Source of the DNA: Candidatus Woesearchaeota archaeon
GTDB lineage: Archaea; Nanobdellota; Nanobdellia; Nanobdellales; Nanobdellaceae
Assembly: GCA_964468425.1 (NCBI GenBank)
Contig: CAYXSZ010000011.1
Coordinates: forward strand, 1-7,404
Reading direction: 5' to 3'
DNA: 7,404 bases
The notes below the pieces were generated by a model. The model saw only the letters and a list, made by a program, of their open reading frames with translations, searched no databases and was not told the DNA's origin. The translations under genes and the position numbers were made by a program. This document shows, piece after piece, positions 1 through 5,351 of the stretch. How positions within the stretch are numbered: the stretch's first letter is position 1; every line of letters begins with the position of its first letter.

Positions 1-579
1 CTTCTTTACTTTCAGCGGATAACCATTCAGGTCGAATACAAAAATGGAATAAGGATCTAAGTTCTTGGAGTTTCCTAACGAATATGTATTTAGAAAATCT
101 GTTAGGTTCACGGATATACTCACGCTGAAGTTGCTTTTTGGCAATCCAGAAATTATGATGAAGTCCCAGTCATCGTCGTATGATACATTGTTGCATTTTA
201 TCATGTTTTTATCGTAGACTTCCAAGGCGAAGTCGTGCGATCCGTAGGGAAGAGGGTATAGTAATACGTTGCAAGTGCTCGAAGAGTCATTTTGGAAGTA
301 CACGGGTTCGTAGTACTTGAACCTAATCAGAACTCCTTCGAAGAAATCGCTAATACTTCTTTTTAACAGTATGGCGATGCTGTCTACTTCGAAATCGTCA
401 AGTAAAACCATTACCTTCGAATTAATCAATGAAGTTAGAAGCGTTTTAATGTAAAAATCGTTCTCGCAATCTATGCTTATCTTTCTGAGCTCGATGTTTG
501 GAAAGATTTGATTAGCATAAAGGATAAGAAGAAGCATCAACAAGATTATTTCGACGCTATAAATTAAGGACTTCTTCAT
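1..579 (-). CDS. Hypothetical protein with an N-terminal membrane anchor or signal peptide. It is partial: the N-terminal 193 codons lie in the window and the ORF continues past the left edge.
   Basis: I reverse-complemented 1..579 by hand. ATG is at 579..577, followed by 193 sense codons with no stop through position 1. An in-frame TAG lies four codons upstream of this ATG, so it is the first possible start. The translation begins MKKSLIYSVEIILLMLLLILYANQIFPNIELRKISIDCEND..., a basic N-terminus followed by a hydrophobic helix. I recognise no family. The ORF track omits it because it has no stop inside the window. Confidence 0.5.
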   Translation of the reverse strand, partial: MKKSLIYSVEIILLMLLLILYANQIFPNIELRKISIDCENDFYIKTLLTSLINSKVMVLLDDFEVDSIAILLKRSISDFFEGVLIRFKYYEPVYFQNDSSSTCNVLLYPLPYGSHDFALEVYDKNMIKCNNVSYDDDWDFIIISGLPKSNFSVSISVNLTDFLNTYSLGNSKNLDPYSIFVFDLNGYPLKVKK

Positions 580-622
580 TGAAATTATCTAGCTTTAAAA
601 ATTTATTTATTAAATTTGATCT
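580..622. promoter_or_regulatory. 43-bp A/T-rich divergent promoter region between the left-edge ORF and secF
   Basis: CTTTAAAAA at about 594..602 lies 21-29 nt upstream of the secF ATG at 623. Its complement TTTTTAAAG lies 15-23 nt upstream of the minus-strand ATG at 579. An inverted repeat AAATTTA-N5-TAAATTT spans 599..617. Neither start has a Shine-Dalgarno sequence. The region is low complexity, so support is weak. Confidence 0.3.
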
Positions 623-1486
623 ATGAAACTTGAGGATGTTGTTAATAAAATTCTTGACTTCGTAGAAAGGTATGCGAAAGTTTTGTTTGTTGCCAATTTA
701 GTTGTCATTTGCGCGCTTTGGGGTTTTGTTGGGTTGAAAAAAGCGATTGATGGGTATGTCTTTCAAAAAGACATTTCGATTTCGGGGGGAACTCTCGTAA
801 TAATCAATTACCATGGTTTATCAATAGATCAGGTTAAAGCAGTTTTGTCTGGAAAAAATTACAACATTTATTCCACCGGCGGCATGATCTACATTGAAGG
901 AAAGAAGTTAGATGTTAATAATTTAATTAGCGAGTTGAATTCGAAGTTAGGAACAAAAATAACTAAGAACGATTACGAAGTCCGAGAGTTTAGTCCATAT
1001 TTCGGTTCCATGATCTTTAGCGAGTTTACTCGACTGCTAATTATCTCTCTAATGCTAATTACGATTGTCATATTCATTAGAATGCGAAACTGGATTTCGT
1101 CGTTGGCTATTTTGATGACGATTCTCTTTGATCTCGGAGCAGCTGTGTCTTTCTTAGCTATAACAGGTTATCCCATTTCTGTAATCTCGTTCGTAGCATT
1201 CCTAATGATTTTAGGTTATGCCATCGATAACAATATAGTACTCGCCACGAACATTTTCAAAGAAGAAGGGGAGTTCAGAGAAAAAGTTAAGTTATCTTTA
1301 AAGGTAGGATACTTAATGGAGATGACTACGATGATTGTACTAGCAATAATTTATATTTTCATTAATTCAAAGATCATTCACGAACTAGCAATGGTTTTGC
1401 TTATAGCACTCGTTGCAGACGCGTACTTCTATCTCTTTGGAAATGTTCCATTCTACAAATATATTATACAGAAAAAAGAGAGTTAA
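623..1486 (+). CDS. secF: Protein-export membrane protein of the SecD/SecF family. Size and topology fit archaeal SecF.
   Basis: 287 aa. There is one N-terminal TM helix (LFVANLVVICALWGFVGL), then an extracytoplasmic domain of about 85 aa, then a C-terminal bundle of hydrophobic helices. This is the SecF layout. The bundle contains the SecDF-type segment FLMILGYAIDNNIVL. Confidence 0.7.
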   Translation: MKLEDVVNKILDFVERYAKVLFVANLVVICALWGFVGLKKAIDGYVFQKDISISGGTLVIINYHGLSIDQVKAVLSGKNYNIYSTGGMIYIEGKKLDVNNLISELNSKLGTKITKNDYEVREFSPYFGSMIFSEFTRLLIISLMLITIVIFIRMRNWISSLAILMTILFDLGAAVSFLAITGYPISVISFVAFLMILGYAIDNNIVLATNIFKEEGEFREKVKLSLKVGYLMEMTTMIVLAIIYIFINSKIIHELAMVLLIALVADAYFYLFGNVPFYKYIIQKKES

Positions 1487-1935
1487 ACATCGACAACCGC
1501 AGTAGCTATCCAATAAGCTTTTCGCACTCTGCGAATGTCTAACTCGTTATACGTTAAAGCCTTAACTTCCTTTTTGAAATTGTGTTTGTTCAGATCATAT
1601 TTTTCTCCAAATAGACCAACCCGTACGTTCCAGACTTTTTTCTTATCTCTTTTAATCCTTCTTAGATTTTTCATTCTGATGTCACCTATGGCAAACTTAT
1701 CAACGTAAAAAATGTCTAGAATCTTATTCCCAAGGCGAAAGATAACTTCGATAATATCTTCAGCCTCGAACTCGAGTTCCTTTTGTTCCTTAGGCTCCAC
1801 CTTGTCAATGTCGTAGATTACATTAAGCATCCCGAGCATGAGAGCCTCAATAACCCGTTTTGGGGTGTTTCCATAGGCAACGATCTTTATATCTGCTGTA
1901 TGGTCTTCGTATTCGAACTCGCGAAGTACGACCAT
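1483..1935 (-). CDS. Archease (activator/chaperone of the RtcB tRNA ligase and of tRNA m5C methyltransferase)
   Basis: 150 aa. The N-terminal signature is FEYEDHTADIKIVAYGNT, the archease pattern F-x-x-x-x-HTAD-x(5)-G. The length is typical for archease. The stop codon at 1485..1483 overlaps the secF stop at 1484..1486. Confidence 0.85.
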   Translation of the reverse strand: MVVLREFEYEDHTADIKIVAYGNTPKRVIEALMLGMLNVIYDIDKVEPKEQKELEFEAEDIIEVIFRLGNKILDIFYVDKFAIGDIRMKNLRRIKRDKKKVWNVRVGLFGEKYDLNKHNFKKEVKALTYNELDIRRVRKAYWIATAVVDV

Positions 1936-1950
1936 CTACATTATTCAATG

Positions 1951-1956
1951 AAAAAA
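1951..1956 (-). terminator. T6 run on the minus strand, a possible archaeal oligo-T terminator for the upstream C/D sRNA
   Basis: The plus strand reads AAAAAA at 1951..1956, which is TTTTTT on the minus strand, 15 nt downstream of the D box. Oligo-T tracts act as archaeal termination signals. The run lies between the putative archease TATA (TTATAAAC, complement of 1959..1966) and the archease ATG at 1935. Confidence 0.3.
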
Positions 1957-1970
1957 TAGTTTATAAGCGT

Positions 1971-2019
1971 TCAGCTGCAGTTCGGTTCGTCATTTATCGG
2001 AATACCGACACTTCATCAT
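1971..2019 (-). ncRNA. Archaeal C/D box guide sRNA (2'-O-methylation guide)
   Basis: The minus strand reads 5'-AUGAUGA|AGUGUCGGUAUU|CCGA|UAA|AUGACGA|ACCGAACUGCAG|CUGA-3'. The C box (RUGAUGA) and the D box (CUGA) are canonical. The internal D' (CCGA) and C' (AUGACGA) each keep their GA dinucleotides. Both guide spacers are exactly 12 nt, and the D'-C' linker is 3 nt. Together this is the hallmark archaeal C/D architecture, 49 nt box to box. The element lies in a 113-nt intergenic region. An A/T-rich box (ATAAATAAAA, complement of 2041..2050) starts about 31 nt upstream of the C box, and a T6 run lies downstream. Confidence 0.75.
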
Positions 2020-2048
2020 GTATAAATTTTTGCTACGAAGTTTTATTT

Positions 2049-2615
2049 ATGAAGCATCTTCAGTTCGAAGGGAAGTACGCTGAAATGCTTAAAGCAGGAA
2101 AAAAACGCCTGACGATTCGAATACAAAAACCACGAGTTAAAGAAGGAGATGTCGTAATTTTCCATGCTGGAGGAAAAGCTCTAGGAAAATATAAAATCAA
2201 GAAAATTTATACAAAGAAACTCCATCAAATAACTGATGAAGAGGCTAAATTAGACGGGTTTAGCTCGAGGGAAGCGTTAATTCGCGCAATCAAGGAACAC
2301 TATCCTTGGATTAAAGATAACAAAGAAGTGGTTCTTATAGAGTTTGAACCGGTCGAAATCTTCGAAAAGGAAATTAGTTCTGAAGACCTTGCCTGGAAAG
2401 GAATGAAGATAGATGTAGTTGAGTTGGCTAAGCTAGCTTTGGAGTATGATGAAGCACTTACCGACAAGCAAAAAGCTTACTTAAAGCTAATCATCGAATG
2501 CGGGAGTCTAAGAAAGGCTGCTATGAAGTTGGGAGGACTTCAGAAGCGAGGAGTGTTGCGAAAAATTCTGAGAAAGAGTCTTGAGCGCTTAAAAAGGAAA
2601 GGTGTATTGGCTTAG
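2049..2615 (+). CDS. ASCH (PUA-like) domain protein with a C-terminal helix-turn-helix resembling sigma-70 region 4 or LuxR
   Basis: I place the start at ATG 2049 (MKHLQFEGKY...), giving 188 aa. The track ORF start at 1860 would overlap archease and the C/D sRNA. The N-terminal ~100 aa fit the ASCH pattern (KYAEMLKAGKKRLTIR...GDVVIF...GKYKIKKIY...DGFSSREALIRAIKEHYP...VVLIEFEPV). The C-terminus LTDKQKAYLKLIIECGSLRKAAMKLGGLQKRGVLRKILRKSLERLKRKG looks like a region-4-type HTH. TATAAATT at 2021..2028 lies 21-28 nt upstream of the ATG. Confidence 0.65.
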   Translation: MKHLQFEGKYAEMLKAGKKRLTIRIQKPRVKEGDVVIFHAGGKALGKYKIKKIYTKKLHQITDEEAKLDGFSSREALIRAIKEHYPWIKDNKEVVLIEFEPVEIFEKEISSEDLAWKGMKIDVVELAKLALEYDEALTDKQKAYLKLIIECGSLRKAAMKLGGLQKRGVLRKILRKSLERLKRKGVLA

Positions 2616-3340
2616 AACTCTCTACAATCTTCTCCAGGAAATTTAACTACTTCGTATCCTTCATAAAACACGAATGGGTTCTTTGCCAATCTAGTTCTCC
2701 GTATTTGCTCAAATAAAGCGTTATTTAGCGTTTTAATAGTGTACTTGATTCTGAGTAATTTAAGCCAAGCTGCAATTACCTCCTTTCTAGGAACTTCTTT
2801 GGGATTTCTCGCGAAGCTCCCAAGTAAAATAGGAATCCTCTTTTTGTTCAAGATTTTAACCAAATAAAGCACCCTGCCAAGATATTTGTAATTTTCGAGT
2901 TCTCTCAATGAAAAACAAATCGATATTTTGTTATCAACTAACTTTTTCAAGAGATTTGTTGGAATTTCAATATAACGGGCGTTCAAGGGATCTTCTACTT
3001 CCCTATAACCTGGATTAAGTATAGAATTGTAGTAATATCTTTGTAGAATACGCTTGTTGAACTTAAAGTTCTTGGAAACTATGAAAACCAGATCGTTGTA
3101 TAAGGTTTTATTGTAAAAAAGTTCTGCAGCCAAACTTAGAGCTTTTTTTGGGTGATCTGCATCAACAATCGCCGCAAAGTAAACGTTAATTCTGCTCAAT
3201 TTAAATGGAAGATCTTCAAAAATGGAAAAATCTTTTTGATCTCTTACATAATACGCGAAAACAACGTGCTTGTATTTCTTTCTTTGATATTCTATTACTA
3301 ACTCTTCCTCGTTGCTTTCTGGGAGCGCGATGTCATACAT
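2612..3340 (-). CDS. rnp3: Probable RNase P protein component 3 (Rpp30-like, TIM-barrel/PHP-like)
   Basis: 242 aa. Compared by eye with archaeal Rpp30 sequences recalled from memory, three blocks are shared: an N-terminal YDIALP block, a mid-protein ILNP...D, then NKISICFSLRELEN and KKRIPILLGSFARNPKEVPRKEVIAAWLKLL (compare Rpp30 V.I.L.F..LL... and ...PVVISTDA......P.DL......L). The identification is moderate only. Confidence 0.55.
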   Translation of the reverse strand: MYDIALPESNEEELVIEYQRKKYKHVVFAYYVRDQKDFSIFEDLPFKLSRINVYFAAIVDADHPKKALSLAAELFYNKTLYNDLVFIVSKNFKFNKRILQRYYYNSILNPGYREVEDPLNARYIEIPTNLLKKLVDNKISICFSLRELENYKYLGRVLYLVKILNKKRIPILLGSFARNPKEVPRKEVIAAWLKLLRIKYTIKTLNNALFEQIRRTRLAKNPFVFYEGYEVVKFPGEDCREF

Positions 3341-3508
3341 TTACCTTTTTTCCTCAAGTTCTTTGTACGAATACCAGAAAGGTTTCATAGAATCGTCTAC
3401 GACTTGTGGTTTTCCAGTAAAGCCGCACTTCAGACACTTCCATATTCCGTTCTTGGCGTATAGAGGTATAATTTCTTTAGATCCGCAGGAGGGACAAATG
3501 TACTCCAT
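3341..3508 (-). CDS. Small zinc-ribbon protein (55 aa, CPxCG...CxxCG). It is absent from the ORF track.
   Basis: The hand translation of the minus strand is MEYICPSCGSKEIIPLYAKNGIWKCLKCGFTGKPQVVDDSMKPFWYSYKELEEKR*. Two Cys knuckles (CPSCG and CLKCG) are 16 residues apart. The stop TAA (3343..3341) directly abuts the Rpp30-like ATG (3340..3338), read as TAAATG. A near-consensus TATA box, TTTAAATA (complement of 3531..3538), lies 23-30 nt upstream of the ATG at 3508. Confidence 0.6.
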   Translation of the reverse strand: MEYICPSCGSKEIIPLYAKNGIWKCLKCGFTGKPQVVDDSMKPFWYSYKELEEKR

Positions 3509-3530
3509 CTAGAATAATGGTGCTTTATTT

Positions 3531-3538
3531 TATTTAAA
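3531..3538 (-). promoter_or_regulatory. TATA box (TTTAAATA) for the zinc-ribbon/Rpp30 transcription unit
   Basis: The complement of TATTTAAA at 3531..3538 is TTTAAATA, which matches the archaeal TTTAWATA consensus. It lies 23-30 nt upstream of the start at 3508, consistent with a leaderless mRNA, and it overlaps the stop codon of the upstream recJ-like gene (3536..3534). Confidence 0.4.
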
Positions 3539-4922
3539 TTAGTACGCTCTCCTGACGCGCGTAGATCTTTAAGCTCTTTATAAACTCCTCCAGCTTTTCT
3601 TTTTCAACAACAACGCCTCCAAGAGGATCATAACTACTTAGACTAGCTCCAACTTTCTCGGAAGCTAATTTAACGACTTTGAAAATGTTTCTGAAGGGAG
3701 CAGTTCTAACTGAAGCGTAAACATTGTCTTCTCTAGAACAGCAGACAACTATTAGCTTTGAAGGAATTAGAGAAGATGTTGATAAGAAATTTGAAATTGG
3801 AGATACTAAAGAAGGCTCGCTGCACACGGAAGACAAATCTAGAAGCGATATACCGTTAAGATTGCTTATTTCTATTTCATGCTCTACGATACACTTTAGA
3901 ATTTGAGTTAAAATAGACTTGTATTCAACTGTGATGTCCTGCGCTTCGTCAAAAAACCTCTTATCTCCCAAGAGAAAAGCTATTGCTGTTGAAATTTTAT
4001 TTAGCTTTGCAGCAGCGTTAAGAAGTGCTGTTACTTCGTGAATTTCTCTAAAATAAAATCCATTCGAAATCAAGTAAAGATCTCCCACTATCTTCTCAGC
4101 GTTTGGAACGTTTTCTTTGAGTCTCAGCTTGATTATCTCGCTAACCAACTTTCTTTGCTCATCTTCAGTTAAATCTAAGTATGTAGTAAAGCAGCCTCCT
4201 TTCTTTAGGGGGATTTTAAGCTTGCTTAAAAACTCTATCGCCCTTTCTTCGCTTCCACTAATTCCCGGGATATACGTCTCCAAGGACAGCTGGATAGCTT
4301 TGTAAAGAGGTTTTGACGCCAATCCAAATAGCTTTAGACCCTTTTTAACCTCAACCAACCCATCTTCAATCAGCTCATTGAGTATTTGCTCATTTATCCC
4401 TATAAACCCTTCAAGCTCTTGTAAATCTCCGATCGAGCCAGCGAGGGATAAATAAGAAATTTCTCTGAATTCGTGCCCCAATTTTTTAAGTAAAAAATAA
4501 GCAATCCCAGAAGAACTTATTTCTCTAGAGCCATCTATCCCGAAAATTCTTGGATTAACTTGATAAATCGTTCCTTTAATAACTCTTTCCTTTTCCTCCA
4601 AAAATAAGTGATCTATTATAAATGTCTCGCGATTAGCAAAGGCTTTTATCCATCCTGTGAAACCAGATCCAGAATCTACGAATATGAACGCATCTTCTGG
4701 AAAAGTAGCGTACAAGTCTTTTATAGTTTCTTTATTTATGTTTTCTAAGTAAACTGCGTGCGCCTCTGCGTTGTTTAAGTAAAAATAGTGTAGAAGCAAG
4801 ATTGTAGCTGCAATTCCATCGGCATCTTTAGTAGATACTAGTAAAAATCTCTTTTCTTGATCTACGAGCTCCTGTATTTTTTGAGAGACCTCTTCAAGAA
4901 AAAGAAAAAACTTATCCTTCAT
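3534..4922 (-). CDS. Archaeal RecJ-like DHH-family protein (GAN, the GINS-associated nuclease / Cdc45 homologue)
   Basis: 462 aa. DHH motif I is KDADGIAA and motif II is FIFVDSGSG. Motif III reads IIDHLF, so it is DHL rather than DHH. Further blocks resemble Thermococcus GAN as I recall it: VNPRIFG, SSSGIAYF, LAGSIGDLQE, VEVKKGLKLFG, KPLYKAI, IPGISGSEERAIEFL and ALLNAAAKLN. The gene sits immediately downstream of rps15, a known conserved archaeal neighbourhood, and its ATG overlaps the rps15 stop (ATGA, 4919..4922). Confidence 0.8.
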   Translation of the reverse strand: MKDKFFLFLEEVSQKIQELVDQEKRFLLVSTKDADGIAATILLLHYFYLNNAEAHAVYLENINKETIKDLYATFPEDAFIFVDSGSGFTGWIKAFANRETFIIDHLFLEEKERVIKGTIYQVNPRIFGIDGSREISSSGIAYFLLKKLGHEFREISYLSLAGSIGDLQELEGFIGINEQILNELIEDGLVEVKKGLKLFGLASKPLYKAIQLSLETYIPGISGSEERAIEFLSKLKIPLKKGGCFTTYLDLTEDEQRKLVSEIIKLRLKENVPNAEKIVGDLYLISNGFYFREIHEVTALLNAAAKLNKISTAIAFLLGDKRFFDEAQDITVEYKSILTQILKCIVEHEIEISNLNGISLLDLSSVCSEPSLVSPISNFLSTSSLIPSKLIVVCCSREDNVYASVRTAPFRNIFKVVKLASEKVGASLSSYDPLGGVVVEKEKLEEFIKSLKIYARQESVLI

Positions 4923-5317
4923 GTAGAACCATAGATCTTAACTAGCTCCTTAGAATATCTGAAGTTGGGAGGTAATTTTTTCTTTCGAATGTAATAACGA
5001 ATTAAAACCTTAATTCGCGCTTCTATATGTTCTAGTGCTTTTTTAGAGTGGGTGTCGTGCTTGTGTTGCTCCAAATGCTTCATAACTCTAAAAGCCTTCC
5101 TGAATAAGAACCTTAAATCTTCTGGGATGTCTTCCTTAACTCCCAAATCCTCTAAGACCTTTGTTAACCTCTTTCCAAAAATGTTTCTTACATCGTAGAT
5201 GTTGTATTGCTCTTTGAGAATTCTACCGATGTCCGATTTCGAGTGACCTTTTTTCCAGAGATCTAAAATTATTTCTTTTACCTTTTCAGCATCCAGTTGC
5301 ACTTGCTCTTGGTTCAT
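4919..5317 (-). CDS. rps15: 30S ribosomal protein uS15 (archaeal S15P / eukaryotic S13e type)
   Basis: 132 aa. The blocks are diagnostic of S13e/S15P: KGHSKSDIGRILKEQYNI, EDIPEDLRFLFRKAFRVMKHLEQHKHDTHSKKALEHIEARIKVLIRYYIRKKKLPPNFRY. Confidence 0.9.
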   Translation of the reverse strand: MNQEQVQLDAEKVKEIILDLWKKGHSKSDIGRILKEQYNIYDVRNIFGKRLTKVLEDLGVKEDIPEDLRFLFRKAFRVMKHLEQHKHDTHSKKALEHIEARIKVLIRYYIRKKKLPPNFRYSKELVKIYGST

Positions 5318-5351
5318 GAATAGTTTTTAGGATAAACGGTTTTAAAGTTAT
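5318..5351. promoter_or_regulatory. 34-bp divergent promoter region between rps15 and the MBL-fold gene
   Basis: TTTAAAA (complement of 5341..5347) lies 24-30 nt upstream of the rps15 ATG at 5317. TTTTTAGGATAAA (5324..5336) lies 16-28 nt upstream of the MBL-gene ATG at 5352. Neither start has a Shine-Dalgarno sequence. The A/T-rich background makes this weak evidence. Confidence 0.3.

Noticed and set aside
155-161. Additional C-box-like heptamers inside coding regions: AUGAUGA at 155..161 (+) and 2446..2452 (+), GUGAUGA on the minus strand at 6053..6059, and near-matches at ~1113..1119 and ~2233..2239.
   Set aside because: None has a D' or D box (CUGA) at the required 12-nt spacing, and none has a C'/D' pair. 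All lie inside CDSs, where the sequence is explained by codons such as DDDWDFII. These are chance occurrences.
1860-2048. N-terminal 63-codon extension of the track ORF 1860..2615 (MGCFHRQRSLYLLYG...).
   Set aside because: It overlaps the archease 5' coding region on the opposite strand and runs across the whole intergenic region, including the C/D sRNA. Its composition is unlike the other proteins here (rich in C, R and S, and not homologous to ASCH). ATG 2049 begins the recognisable ASCH domain and has a TATA-like box 21-28 nt upstream.
3341-3508. Assigning the 55-aa zinc ribbon to a named family (Nop10, RpoP/Rpo12, ribosomal S27e/L37e/L40e, Spt4, Rpp21).
   Set aside because: The spacing between the Cys knuckles (16 residues) and the C-terminal tail (FTGKPQVVDDSMKPFWYSYKELEEKR) do not match the family signatures I recall. 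Nop10 has a PxRFSPxD tail and shorter spacing. S27e has an N-terminal extension and a PTGGKA motif. RpoP has a basic tail. Rpp21 has about 120 aa with an N-terminal helical region. I left it as a generic Zn-ribbon protein.
3205-3512. Plus-strand track ORFs 3205..3390 (61 aa) and 3312..3512 (66 aa).
   Set aside because: They are antisense to the Rpp30-like gene and to the zinc-ribbon ORF. Their low-complexity, Cys/Phe/Ser-rich translations have no recognisable motif. The minus-strand reading of the same DNA gives a clean CPxCG...CxxCG zinc ribbon with its own promoter and a stop/start junction.
3724-4305. Plus-strand track ORFs 3724..3906 and 4117..4305.
   Set aside because: Both lie entirely antisense inside the well-supported RecJ/GAN-like CDS. 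They are shadow ORFs of the kind expected in A/T-rich sequence with few stop codons on the complementary frame.
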